Assembly: GCF_001194135.2 (NCBI RefSeq)
Contig: NC_068987.1
Location: forward strand, 7,643,703 to 7,707,702
From: Octopus bimaculoides
Lineage: Eukaryota
Direction: 5' to 3'
DNA length: 64,000 nucleotides
A program made the position numbers and the translations under genes. The notes under the pieces were generated by a model, which was given only the letters and a program-made list of their open reading frames with translations, had not been told where the DNA came from and ran no database searches. The stretch's first letter is position 1, and each line of letters begins with the position of its first letter. Shown here one piece after another: positions 11,401-24,938 of this stretch.

Positions 11401-12870
11401 TTAATTTACTTTAGATTTGAAGGAGTTCAGGTTATAAAAAGAAAGGAAAAAAATGGGATGGAAGAGAGTCCCAAAGTCTGTCAGTTTGAGGGAAAACGCT
11501 ACGACCATAGAAAGATTTTGTTATTTGTAAACCAGGTGAGATAAATAAAATAGAACTTCTTTTTAAGTGTGTCAGAAAATTGTGAAACTGAATTCATGTC
11601 CTTTCAAGTAATACTAATTAACTTGCAATTTTTTGTGTCAATGTTATACTAAACTAGTGTATATCTATAGATTCTCAACCAACAATACTAACACATGAAC
11701 ACAAATATATGCACATATCATACCATTGTGATTTAACATCCGGCTTTCATGAGGGCAAAGACTGGACAGTTTGACGAGATTTCACAAGTCAAAGGACTGT
11801 GTGGGTGTCACGCTCCAATACCTCTTGTTTACTTCTTAAACTTTTTTTATGTGTTTCACTCATTGAACTGTGGCCATGCTGGGGCATTGCCTTGAAGGGT
11901 TTTATTCAAACGAGTCAACTCCTGTACTTATTTTTTTTTAAATGCCTGGTATTTGTTCAATCAGGTTTTTTTTGTTCTTTTTTGTTGAACAGCTAAGTTA
12001 TGGGTACATGAACAAACCAACACTAGTTATCAAGCAGTGGTGGGGGACAAACACACACACACAGGTCATCATCCTCATCATCATCATCATCATTGTTTAA
12101 CGTCCACTTTCCATGCTGGTATGGGTTGGACGGTTCAACTGGGGTCTAGGAAGCCAGGAGGCTGCACCAGGCTCCAATCTGATCTGGCAAGGTTTCTACA
12201 GCTGGATGCCCTTCCTAATGCCAACCACTCTGAGAGTGTAGTGGGTGCTTTTACGTGCCACCAGCACAGGGGCAAGTGTGTGTGTGTGTGTGTGTGAGTA
12301 AGTTTGTGTCTTTAAGGTTGTATTTGTGGTTCGTATCTCTTATCAATTAGTGTTAATTTGTTTATGTCCATAATTTAGCAGCAAAAACAATGAATAGAAC
12401 AAATACCAAACTTCAAAAAATAAGTATTGTGGTTGATTTGTTCTGCAAAACTTTTCAAGGAGGTGCCCCAGCATGGTCACAGTCCCATGACTGAAATGAG
12501 TCATAGATAAAAGAATATAAGGGACAGGTTACAAGTGTATGCGAGTGACCCCTTGTCTCAACAAAGTTTAACAGTAGTAAACAATTGCCGTGGCACATAC
12601 CGGTGTCATGCAAATTCGCACCCATGCCAGTGGCACATAGAAGCACTCAAGTGTCATGCAAATGGCACCGACGCCAGTGGCACACAAAAGCACCCATTAC
12701 ACTAATGGAGTGGTTGGCATTAGGAAGGGCATCCAGCCATAGAAAACCATGCCAAATCAGATAATGTTCTGTAAAGAATAAGTCCTGGAGTCAATTCGCT
12801 CGACTAAAGGCAGTGCTCCAGCATGGCCACAGTCAAATGACTGAACAAGTAAAAGAATAAAAGAATATCA

Positions 12871-13528
12871 TTAACCATTTTGACACCAATCTGTCCAATA
12901 CTGTTCCTGGTTCTATGAAAGAAACCTCTTGTTTTAAAGAAAACCAAATTCAAACCAAATTCCATCTGAATTTCCTGTTAATTTATCTTCTAAAACCAGA
13001 TTAATACAGTTGAAGTTATCTTACTAAATTCTTCACTATTTTCAGAATCATTTGAAACAGAGGCAATGCATATCAGCACCGTCCGAGCATGAACGTTGCC
13101 AGAGCAGCTGTCTGGCTTCCGTGCCAGTGGCACGTAAATAGCACCATTTGAGTGTGATCGTTACCAATGTCACCTTCCTGGCACTTGTGCCAGTGACACA
13201 TGAAAAGACATTCGAGCGAGATCATTGCCAGTACCCCTGGACTGGCTCCTGTGCAGGTGGCACATAAAGTACACCATTTCAAGCGTGGCTGTTGCCAGTA
13301 CCACCTGACTGGCCTTCGTGCCGGTGGCACGTAAAAGCACCCACTACACTCTCGGAGTGGTTGGCGTTAGGAAGGGCATCCAGCTATAGAAACTCTGCCA
13401 GATCAGATTGGAGCCTGGTGCAGCCACCTGGTCCACCAGTCCTCAGTCAAATCGTCCAACCCATGCTAGCATGGAAAGCGGACATTAAACGATGATGATG
13501 ATGATGATGATTCTAACAAAAGGGTTAA
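12871..13528. mobile_element. piggyBac-type MITE interrupted by a family B retroposon (about 13076-13510)
   Basis: TTAA-CCATTTTG ... CAAAAGGG-TTAA termini; body homologous to about 10380-10545. Confidence 0.65.
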
Positions 13529-14278
13529 AAATATTATTGTGACCTTTTTTCGGTCATTTGAATGTTGGAAAAGATGCCATTTCTTTTGCCTCGTTCTGTT
13601 TTGCTTTTCTATAAGTTGAGCATTTTTCTTTCAGTGAATTTATTTTCTATTTTCTACTCAATAATTGTTTGTTTGTGATGTTGTAGAGAGATATTTATGT
13701 AATTTAGTTCATATATAAAAAAATAATAAAAAAAAAATATTAGACAGATAAGCTAATTGAAGCATCCACTTGAAATCTGTAAAGCTTGAAGATAAAAAAA
13801 AAAGATTTTATTTATATAAAAAAAAAAAAAATTCTACTTCACTTCAAAATAACATTACTGATTGTAGAACTTTCTCTTGATATAACCATCTTGTCTCCAA
13901 ATAGCATAGCAATCATCATCATCATCATTATCATCATCATCATCATTCTCATCATCATCATCTCCATCATTGTTTTAATGTCCACTTTTCCATGCTTACA
14001 TTGGTTGGACTAGAAATAATAATAAATTCTCGTATACTCCATCTTCCATTTGTCATATATATATATGTCATCATCATCATCATTGTTTAACATCTGCTTT
14101 CCATGCTGGCATGGGTTGGACGAATCAACTGAGGACTAGCAAACCAGATGGCTGCACCAGGCTATCTGATCTGGCAGAGTTTCTACAGCTGGATGCCCTT
14201 CCTAACGCCAACCACTCCGAGAGTGTAGTAAAATGTTCTCTGCACATTGTCAGTGTTTATTGCTCCTAAGCATCTGGC

Positions 14279-14324
<46 letters not shown>

Positions 14325-15800
14325 GTAAATACGATAGGCTTCATTCGGTTTCCCTCAACCAAATCCACTCACAAGGCTTTGGTTTTTGGCTTGAGAATAA
14401 AGTAGAGGAAAGTTGGCTAAGATGCAACACAATGGGGGAACCAAAACAAAACTTCTGAGGCTACAGAGCAAACTGTTCAACTACACAGCCTCTTGGTACC
14501 ACGTAAAAAGCACCCAGTACACTCTGTAGAGTGGTAAAGGTAAAGTTAATAAAGTTAATACTGACTCATAAGGGCCGGTTTCCCAGTTTTATGGCATATG
14601 AATTCCCCACCTGGACAAGATACTGGTCTGTCACAGGGTTAGTCATTTTTGCTAGCTGAGTGGACTGGAGCGATGTGAAATGAAGGGTTTTGCTCAAGGA
14701 TACAATGCATCACCTGGTCCAAGAATTGAAACCAGAATCTTACGATCATGAGTCCAACACTCCATAACCACTAAGTGATTGTGCCACCCCTGTAAAGTGG
14801 CTGGCATTAGGAAGGGTATCCAGCCATAGAAACCATGTCAAAACAGACAATTGGGGCCTGGAGCAGCTCTAGCTTGCCAGCACCTGTCGAACAGTCCAAC
14901 CCATGCCAGCATGGAAAATGAACGTTAAATAATAATGATGGTGAGCTATCACTACAGCTAAACACATCTACACACCAAGAGCTTCTTTATATTTTCCTAT
15001 GTACTAAATTTCACTCACAAAATATTGGTAAACTCAAAGCTACAGAAGAAACCATTTGCCCAAGTTGTCATGCAATGGAATCGAACCTACAAACCACATG
15101 CCCGTGGTTCAAACATCATAACCAGGCAGCTATCCCAACGGCTCTCTATAGTTTTACATTCCAGCAAAAGAGATGTAGTTTGCACACTTACGTTTGTTTG
15201 TTCATTGTTTCTGATAAATAGACGTCGCTGGTTCTTCAACCACACAAAAAGGGAGTTGTCTATCGCCATTCAAACTTACTTAGGCATGCACAGATACGTG
15301 TTTTAGAGATGGAGGAAGTAAATTTCATCATCATCATCGTTTAACGTCCGCTTTCCATGCTAGCATGGGTTGGACGATTTAACTGAGGACTGGTGAACCA
15401 GATGGCTACACCAGGCTCCAATCTGATTTGGCAGAGTTTCTACAGCTTGGATGCCCTTCCTAACGCCAACCACTCTGAGAGTGTAGTGGGTGCTTTTACA
15501 TGCCACCCGCACGAAGGCCAGTCAGGCGGTACTGGCAACGGCCACGCTCAAAATGGTGTATTTTATGTGCCGCCCGCACAAGAGCCAGTCCAGGGGCACT
15601 GGCAACGATAGATATTAATTTGTTGAAGGCTTAAATATTATGACAAAGATAACGTGCAGAAGATCTATAGTTAACGTGCAGACTGTAGGATCACACGTAT
15701 AGAATATAGAGAGATGAGAATCTTCGAGCGATTGAAATTACCCATGCAATTAATAAATAAAGCTGTCTTTCGAATGTTAAAGATTTTTTTAACCATGACC

Positions 15801-15906
15801 AACAAGGGAAATAACTCTAATATAATCAGTTAAAGGGAAATTTTGTAGAATATGGACAATGCACATGGGGGATGGATCCTAACAATTTAGAGTTATCTCC
15901 CTTGTT
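15801..15906. repeat. Short inverted-repeat element
   Basis: AACAAGGGAAATAACTCTAA ... TTAGAGTTATCTCCCTTGTT; related half at about 22340. Confidence 0.5.
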
Positions 15907-18565
15907 TTTTTTTTTTTTCGTTATTGATTTTAAACATCTCGAGAGGGAGATTTTGGTAGCTAATAGTGTGGATAATATTTGATCGAAAATTTTCAAAACA
16001 TGTTACATATATGAGATCCTATCACGCTTGGGTTTCGTAATAGAGAACGTCACTCTGGAGTATCCCCCCCCATCCCAGCCGTTATATAAGCTAAGTCTAA
16101 ATGTTAATTTCTGTTGAGGTTAGATATAGTTAATTAGTTGATTATATGGATGTTCAATACATTACTGGTGCTGATTTTACTGATCCTTGTGGATTAACCT
16201 TCAAAATNNNNNNNNNNNNNNNNNNNNNNNNNNNNNNNNNNNNNNNNNNNNNNNNNNNNNNNNNNNNNNNNNNNNNNNNNNNNNNNNNNNNNNNNNNNNN
16301 NNNNNNNNNNNNNNNNNNNNNNNNNNNNNNNNNNNNNNNNNNNNNNNNNNNNNNNNNNNNNNNNNNNNNNNNNNNNNNNNNNNNNNNNNNNNNNNNNNNN
16401 NNNNNNNNNNNNNNNNNNNNNNNNNNNNNNNNNNNNNNNNNNNNNNNNNNNNNNNNNNNNNNNNNNNNNNNNNNNNNNNNNNNNNNNNNNNNNNNNNNNN
16501 NNNNNNNNNNNNNNNNNNNNNNNNNNNNNNNNNNNNNNNNNNNNNNNNNNNNNNNNNNNNNNNNNNNNNNNNNNNNNNNNNNNNNNNNNNNNNNNNNNNN
16601 NNNNNNNNNNNNNNNNNNNNNNNNNNNNNNNNNNNNNNNNNNNNNNNNNNNNNNNNNNNNNNNNNNNNNNNNNNNNNNNNNNNNNNNNNNNNNNNNNNNN
16701 NNNNNNNNNNNNNNNNNNNNNNNNNNNNNNNNNNNNNNNNNNNNNNNNNNNNNNNNNNNNNNNNNNNNNNNNNNNNNNNNNNNNNNNNNNNNNNNNNNNN
16801 NNNNNNNNNNNNNNNNNNNNNNNNNNNNNNNNNNNNNNNNNNNNNNNNNNNNNNNNNNNNNNNNNNNNNNNNNNNNNNNTATATATATATAATGCAGATT
16901 GTTTCTTCTATCGTTTACAAACTGTAAGCGTGGATTATAAGATACATGCATGGACTCCACAAATGTCGACACTTACATTATAAATATTTATAAAAGCACA
17001 GATATACACAGAAGAAAAGTAGAAATAGGAAGACAGAAATAATTAAAGAGAGAGTAAAAATTTTTAAAAAAACAAGGAAACAGAGGACGGAATAAAGGTA
17101 AATGGCAAACAGGGAGAGAAGAGTAACGTAGACTAAAGTCGAAATACTAACAGTCTTACAGCAACTTCGGGGCGATCAGTTGAGTTCCATAAGAAATCGA
17201 AGCATTAAAAAGAATGTGTTGAAAGCTGACGAGACGGTCCGATTTACAAGACGGCTTCTAGAAAACAACGATTGCGTGGGTTGTGAGAAAGAGAGTGAAG
17301 AGATCAAACAAAGACAGAAAAAAAAGTGTAGAGTAATAGGACGAAAACAGAGAGTGTAACACAGAAAAGAGGAAGTGAGAGAAAGAGAAAGCGCTTTATT
17401 AAAGAGGTATGTAGAGAGAGAGAGAGAGAAGTAGAAACAGACTGAGAGAATGAGGGAAAGGAGAAATATAAGAACAAAAAGGAACGAGAGGAAACTAAAA
17501 GAATTACGGACAATTAAATAAAACGAGGGGAAATAGATAGGGTTAAAGATGTAAAGCGAAAAGGACGAAAGAGGAGAAAGAACATATATATATATATAAA
17601 GGATGAAGAGAGAAAAGAAGAACGAGGAGGAAGAATATGCAGGAGAATGAGGGAAGAAAAAGGGGAAAATGAAAGAGAAAGTAGGGGTACGGGTAGAGTG
17701 AAAGAAGACAAACGAGGAGAGATGAAAGACGGATAAATGAATGGAGAAAGCAGAAAGTTTAGGCGATAAAAGAGAGACTGAATGGAGAGAGAGAGAGAGA
17801 GAGAGAGAGAAAGAAAATACGAAAGAGGAATTGATGCGAATAAGAGAAATCTACGAAAAAATACACAACAGTGGAAAAGGATCTAATATTATATGAATTG
17901 CAAAAATTTAAATGATATCAATTAATGGACAGTGTAAAAATGAAAGAGAGAAAGAGGGGGAAAAGGGAAGAGAGAACAGTGAAAGAAATGAGAATTTACA
18001 GAGCGAAAGGGGAAGAAGAAGAAGAAAAGGGGGGGAGAAGAGATGGAAACCAGAAAACTACGAAAAGTGAATGAAAAGGAGACAGATGTACATGAGAAAT
18101 AGAAAGTGAAGGGCAAATGGAATGAAAGAAAAAAGAAGTCAGAGAAAGTCATATGTTTGTGTGCAAACAGGAAATTCGATAGACACAGAAAAACAGAACA
18201 TTACGAAAGATATCTAAGAAATATAAAAACATATATTCATATACATATATCATATTATATACAAAAACATATATTCATATACATATATTATATCATATTA
18301 TATTATATTATATTATATGCACACGCATACACAGATATCAAGGTATGAGTGACCGGATAAATTCCTGTAAAGTTTAAAAGAAAACGATTATGAATGCATG
18401 TGTTTGTGTATAAATGTGAGTCTATCTATGATTGTCTGTGCGTGTGCCTAAGCGTGGTAATATGTGTTACTTAGGTTTTTATTTACGTAAAGCACTGAAT
18501 TACGTCGGCATATAAAAGCTGTATTGTTAAAATATGCTGTGAGAAATACAATAGAAATGTACCAG

Positions 18566-18598
<33 letters not shown>

Positions 18599-19169
18599 NN
18601 NNNNNNNNNNNNNNNNNNNNNNNNNNNNNNNNNNNNNNNNNNNNNNNNNNNNNNNNNNNNNNNNNNNNNNNNNNNNNNNNNNNNNNNNNNNNNNNNNNNN
18701 NNNNNNNNNNNNNNNNNNNNNNNNNNNNNNNNNNNNNNNNNNNNNNGTGTGTGTGTGTGCACACACGCGCACGAAAGCATCTATTTGAGTAAAGAAAGTA
18801 AAGAATTAATTAAAAAGAAAGAATATGTATATATAGGTTTGTATATTATATTACCTCTGATCCACGATGGAGGGAAATGTTTTATTTACCGCTGTTAAAG
18901 TTGATTTTGTTAGGAGGAAACAGCTTTACGAGAGTTTTCTTATTCACTGATAACAATTTGTCTTACAGACACACGCGCGCGCACATTGCACGCTTGTATA
19001 CGTATGCGGTGCGTCTGTATATATGTGCGTGTGTGTGTGTGTGTGTTTGTACCGATTATGTATATGAATACATGTGCGCTTCTATGTGTACGTATGCGTG
19101 CGTGTGTCTTGTGTAGTAGGAGAGAGGAGTGCCAATTCTTACACTTTAGGGAAGGCAAAAGAAAAAAAA

Positions 19170-19245
19170 TCTTATATAACTTCCGGTTATTAAGGAAGAG
19201 GAACTACACGGTTTTGCCTCCAACTGTGTCAGTTTCGCGTGATTT
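19170..19245. promoter_or_regulatory. Candidate (bidirectional) core promoter between RLIG1 and the C6orf89-like gene
   Basis: ETS-type ACTTCCGG (19179-19186) and E2F-like TTTCGCG (19233-19239) in CpG-retaining unique sequence between divergent genes. Motif-level evidence only. Confidence 0.3.
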
Positions 19246-19494
19246 TTTTTTTTCTTAATATTTTCTTTTCTTGTCCAAACAAGACTAAGATCGTCTGTGA
19301 TCCTGCTGCTATAAATACAGATTTCTTACATATGCGAGAGGCTTCGAATTTGAAGGAATGGCACGCTCGATTTTATCAATCCCCCAGGAGGATAAAAAGA
19401 GCAAGGTTGGTTTCAATGGTATTTGAAGTCAGAACGTTAGGAGGCGGAATAATTTACAAGTTATCTTGTCCGATGCGCTAACGATTTTACCAAT

Positions 19495-19900
19495 CTATAA
19501 CGTGGCAAACATTGTAAACGTCAACAAATCGAATCCGTGAAAACTTAAACATAACTACACAAATGTACCCCCTCATCGACTTAAGCATAACTACACAAAT
19601 GTGCCCCTTAGCGAAATTTATTTGTTTTTTTTTTATAACTTTCTTTAAATTATAATATTTTTTAATGAAATTTTCTCCAAATACGCTTCAGACTATGTAA
19701 ATTACGATTATTTCAGAATTTGTTGGGAAAATATTTTTGTACATGAGTAAAAAGCGTTTCGGATATTTCACACGAATCGACTTTGTTTCCTCATACATTT
19801 TCATAATGTATATTACAATTATATTGGGGAAAATATTACTTTTGAGGATTATTCCAGCCTTTCCCCTTCAAGAATTTGTTAAATAAATATTTAAAAAATT
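19495..19900 (+). mobile_element. Unclassified interspersed repeat (family J)
   Basis: Homologous to about 57830-58080 and 63640-63810; TACACAAATGT(A/G)CCCC motif duplicated in tandem at 19550-19610. Confidence 0.55.
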
Positions 19901-20142
19901 AATTAGCCTAACCCCAACTTGGGCCTATAGTATACCCAACAGCCATACAAACAAATTCGCCTATTTTTTATCTTTCGCTTATTTCAGTCTGCGGCCTTGC
20001 TGGGGCAATGCCTCGATAATTTCTTTTGTTTGTTTTTTTAGTCGAATGAATCAACCTTAGTATTTATTTGTTTTTTTTTTAACCTGGTACTTATTCTATA
20101 GGTCTCTTCGGGCGAACCGCTACATTACACACACACACACAC

Positions 20143-20202
<60 letters not shown>

Positions 20203-20883
20203 TAAGGCACTCAGAAATCTGGATGTTTGTACATTTACAGATTTTTATTAATGTCACATATTAAATAAAGCGCTTTTCACCTGGTCGTGCAGGATTTTCA
20301 AATATATATACGTAAATGTCGAACAACGGGAATGAGTGCTCAACATCGCATTAGTGGATAAAATTTCTTTATTCCTCCATGTGATCGGCTAGAAAAATTG
20401 CTAAGACAGTAAGGTAATTTTCTTAACATGAAACCAAAGGTAACTTCAATACACACGCACGCACACATGAGCAATGCATCCCGGCGTTGCCCAGATAATA
20501 TGATTTATTCCTTTATTATGGGCACAAGGATCAACTTTGGTTATCATCCTTCAGGGCCCAATAAACTAAAGCACCAGTCAAGTACAAAGGTCGAGGTATC
20601 GAATTAGTCCCACCCTTCATAATTGCTGGCCTTGTGCGAGAATTAGAAAGAAGTTTTACAAACTAAACTAAAATGGCGAGCTGGTTGAATCGGTGGAGCG
20701 TTGGACCTGACGGTATTTTTCCAGAGTTCAAATTCAACTGACGTCAACTTTTCCTTTCGTCCTTTTGGGTCGATGAAATAAGTACCAGTCGAGCACTGGA
20801 AGTCAAAATAATCGACTCCCACCTTCCCTTAAGATTGCTGGCCTCGTGTCGAAATTTGAAACCATTTTGAATAACTAATAACT

Positions 20884-21262
20884 AGGAGCAAGAGTGGATG
20901 TGTGGTAAGTAGCTTGCTTCCCAACCACATGGTTCTGGGCTCCGTCCCACTGCGTGGCACCTTGGGCAGGTGTCTTCTATGATAGCCTCGGGCTGGCCAA
21001 GGCCTTGTGAGTGGATTTGGGAGACGAAAACTGAACGAAGCCTGTCGTATGTGTGTGTGTGTGTTGTGTGTATTTGCGTGTCTGTGTTTGTCCCCCCAAC
21101 CATCGCTTGACAACCGATGCTGGTGTGTTTATGTCCCCGTAACTTAGCGGTTCAACAAAAGCGGCCGATAGAATTAGTACTAGGCTTAGAAAAAAGATAT
21201 GTCCTGGGGTTTATTTGTTCGAGTAAAGGCGATGCTCCGGCATGACCGCAGTAAAAGAGTAA
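20884..21262 (+). mobile_element. Full composite SINE: family A tRNA head + (GT)n + 3' domain
   Basis: The same head-(GT)n-3' domain order recurs at 63220-63580(+), 25745-26060(-) and 35572-35937(-). Isolated 3' domains at about 3270-3445, 8615-8712, 11845-12060, 21908-22112, 23672-23885, 30585-30700, 50500-50610. Confidence 0.85.
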
Positions 21263-21282
21263 ACCGAATCAGGCAAAGTTCA

Positions 21283-21536
21283 AAAACTAATAAAACTTGC
21301 GTTTTTGGATTTGGTTTGCAAGATTCTTTAAGTGAGTTTGTGTGTTGAAGCATATTTTGTTGTGTCTGGGGAGAGTCGTTCTCTTTTAGTGCCTTATAAT
21401 TTAACACACTCACCGGTAAAATTTCCACTCAAAATATAGAAAAATTAATAAATGAGTGGAAATTTTTCTTGTGAGTGTGTTAAATTGTAATTTAACACAC
21501 TCACAAGTAAATGACTCTCCCCAGACACAACAGAAT
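21283..21536. mobile_element. Fold-back repeat family I (asymmetric inverted arms)
   Basis: TGTGTCTGGGGAGAGTC...AAAATTTCCACT arm faces its inverted copy. A second locus at 45933-46187 has the opposite orientation. Confidence 0.75.
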
Positions 21537-23072
21537 AAAACTTGTGTGTTATTAATTACAGCCTGTTACATACTGACTTTAAGTTCAGTCCAGCTCAGCT
21601 TTATCCGTTATCCTTCTGGGATTAATAAAATAAAGTAGCGGCCAAGCGATTTACTGTGGTTATTTTGCACTCGGATTATGAATGGANNNNNNNNNNNNNN
21701 NNNNNNNNNNNNNNNNNNNNNNNNNNNNNNNNNNNNNNNNNNNNNNNNNNNNNNNNNNNNNNNNNNNNNNNNNNNNNNNNNNNNNNNNNNNNNNNNNNNN
21801 NNNNNNNNNNNNNNNNNNNNNNNNNNNNNNNNNNNNNNNNNNNNNNNNNNNNNNNNNNNNNNNNNNNNNNNNNNNNNNNNNNNNTGTGTGTGTGTGTGTG
21901 TGTGTGTGTATGTTTGTGTGTCTATGTTTGTCCCCCACCATCGCTTGACAACCGATGCTGGTGTGTTTACGTCCCCGTAACTTAGCGGTTCGGCAAAAGA
22001 CACCGATAGAATAAGTACTAGGCATCCAGAGAATAAGTCCTGGGGTCGGTTTGTGCGACTAAAGGCGGTGCTCCAGCATGGCCGCAGTCAAATGACTGAA
22101 ACAAGTAAAAGGGTAATATGAGAGATCACTACATGGATCACTTGTATGCTAAAAATAGACGTCAAACCGTCTTATCACTAAATCTGTGGTCTAATTAAGA
22201 GCTACGTTTATTTCTTTTCATTTGTCTAGCTCGTAAACATCAAGCGTGTTACTAAGTTGAGAACACAGATGTAGTGGTAAGACGGTTTGGCATCTATTTT
22301 TAGCATATAAGGGATCCATATAGTTTATTTAATATGTCAGTTGTAAGGGAGGTAACTCTGTTCTTCATATTTTATATTTCATATATTTTTCACTTACATT
22401 TTGTTAAGAACCTGTTCTTCAGTTTTGATTCCCAATCAGAACGGTTGTAAAAACGTTACTATCGTAAGCACGCTGGACAAAATACTTGGCAGCATTTCTT
22501 TCTGATAATCATCATGCTCTGAGTTCAAATTTTATCGAGATCGACTTTACTTTCATATTTACGGAGTCGATAGAATAGGTACCAGCTGACCACTGAAATC
22601 GATGTAATCCTACCGTTAAAAATTACTGGACATGCACCAAACTTTAGAAAGAATAGCATTCTTTGGTTACTTTAATATAAGAGGGACTGAGAAATTTGAC
22701 AAGGATCTGGTCTAGCACTGGGACACATTCGGGTATTTAGGGTAATGGAAGCGACAATGTCAGGAATGGTGCCTTTGTTGTATAGAAGCACGCCATGCGT
22801 GCGTGCGTGCGTGCGTGCGTGCGTACTTGCGTGTGTGTGCATAAAATGTAAAAACACTACTGTGCCGAGTTGCGTCCCTTGATATTTAAAGGGAGTTTAG
22901 TCATTCGATAGATCTCGATCAGAGGTACTCAAGCTTTTGGGGCCACTGCACCCCCTCGTGGCCATATAATACCTTCAACGCCTCCACCCCTATTTTTATG
23001 TATAAATAAGTATTTTATATTCTACTAATTTATATATATACTATGAATCATTTGATATTCAATATAATATTA

Positions 23073-23636
23073 GGATCTATTTTAAAACGGGGGCCACATT
23101 TTTCATTAATGTTTTACGTAGTGTTTTTGGTACCGAAAGACTTTCAAACTTCGTATACTTATCTATTTTGTGTTATAGAACAGAAAAATATTTTTGTATT
23201 CGAATTTATTTCACGTAAAAAATTGTCTTATTTCGATAATTTCAACCAATCACTGACAAGTATTNNNNNNNNNNNNNNNNNNNNNNNNNNNNNNNNNNNN
23301 NNNNNNNNNNNNNNNNNNNNNNNNNNNNNNNNNNNNNNNNNNNNNNNNNNNNNNNNNNNNNNNNNNNNNNNNNNNNNNNNNNNNNNNNNNNNNNNNNNNN
23401 NNNNNNNNNNNNNNNNNNNNNNNNNNNNNNNNNNNNNNNNNNNNNNNNNNNNNNNNNNNNNNNNNNNNNNNNNNNNNNNNNNNNNNNNNNNNTAACATGG
23501 AATAACTTGGGGATTTCTTTTTTTTTTTTAAGAAGACTAAGAGAAAAAGATGTTTTATATGACACATTCTACCAGTGTTCCAAGTTTCAAAGTGTTTCGT
23601 TAATGAAAAATGTGGCCCCCGTTTTAAAAAAGATCC
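23073..23636 (-). mobile_element. GG-terminal MITE with 8-bp TSD (Merlin-like); centre lies in an assembly gap
   Basis: 37-bp TIRs GGATCT(A/T)TTTTAAAACGGGGGCCACATTTTTCATTAA; perfect TSD TAATATTA at 23065-23072 and 23637-23644; N-gap 23265-23492. Confidence 0.9.
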
Positions 23637-24210
23637 TAATATTATATATTTTGTATACAATACTATTCTTTTATTCTTTAACTTGTTTCAGTCATTTGAC
23701 TGCGGCCATGCTGGAGCACCGCCTTTTAGCTGCGCAAATCGACCCCAGGACTTATATCTTTGTAAGCATGGTACTTATTCTATCGGGTCATTTTGCCGAA
23801 CCGCTAAGTTATGGAAACGTAAACGCACCAGCATCGGTTGTCAAGTGATGTTGGCGGGGACAAACATACACACACACACACACAGACGATGGGCTTCTTT
23901 CTGCTCTGTTAGTATAACAAGGACGAAAAACACATGTAGAATCACGTTTGTAAACAACAAACAATAGATTCTTCACAAACACAGCTGTGAACTCAACACT
24001 TGAAGAAATAATCATTTGACACGAAATCTATTTAAGTTTTTCTATTTAACCTCCTATCTAAGTTTTCTTCATATTTTTTCTTTATTGTTTTTTCTTTGTG
24101 GACATTATTTCATTCCTGTTCTTATTAAACTCCTTCATTTTATTATATCGTATTTGTTTAAACACCATTTTCCTTCTCCATTCAAAAGCTAAGAAATCAC
24201 TCATTTCAGA

Positions 24211-24589
24211 ATGAAACGGGGAGATATTTCAGAGTTCTCCAAAGAATTATCTAAATTACGAAAATCCAGAAAACAATGGAAATTATTATCAGATGAAGAA
24301 ATCAACCAATGTTTGGCAAATATTACAGAAACATTTAAACAAAAACCTCCTTTGTTTCAATGCGAGCAATATATAAACATCATCATTTTGATAATAAAAC
24401 TAACAGCTACAATCTTATTAGCACTTGGTGTTACTGTCGTATATTTTCCAGACAGTCAATTCTCTCAGAAACTTATCTCAGGAATGGATGACACCTATTC
24501 TTGGTGGTCTCTAAATCATGCTTATACCTGGCAACGATGGATTCGTCATTTAATGCTACCTGTTCAACCTTTACTCGTTCAAATTATCG
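24211..24589 (+). CDS. C6orf89: C6orf89-like (BRAP/amfion family) membrane protein, first coding exon
   Basis: MKRGDISEF...LLSDEEINQCLANITE...hydrophobic TM segment...NHAYTWQRWIRHLMLPVQP resembles human GMSEKAIEKFIRQLLE...TM...GAHTWRSLIHHIRLMSLP (recalled). Donor GTATGT after 24589. Confidence 0.7.
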
Positions 24590-24938
24590 GTATGTTGTCT
24601 GTATTTAATGACGATGTTTTTTTTAATTCTCCCTGTTCCATATTCGTAGTCCTTTCTAAGCTTGCTGTCATGCTTCAGTAGATTCTATTGAACCTTCTGG
24701 TGTGCGACCAATCGAACCACTTGGTGTTGCAGTGACATTTTTTCTTCCTTTCTTTCTTTCTTTCTTTCTTTTCTTTTTTCTTTCTTTTTTCTCTCCCTTC
24801 TTTGTTTTTTTTTTCGCTTTTTTTGCTTTCTTTGTCTTTCTTTTGCAAAAGCTTATATTATGGAAGAATCATGACTATTGTCTGGGATTTTTATTTCAAT
24901 GTCGTTTTCTATTATTCATATATCATATACATACATAC

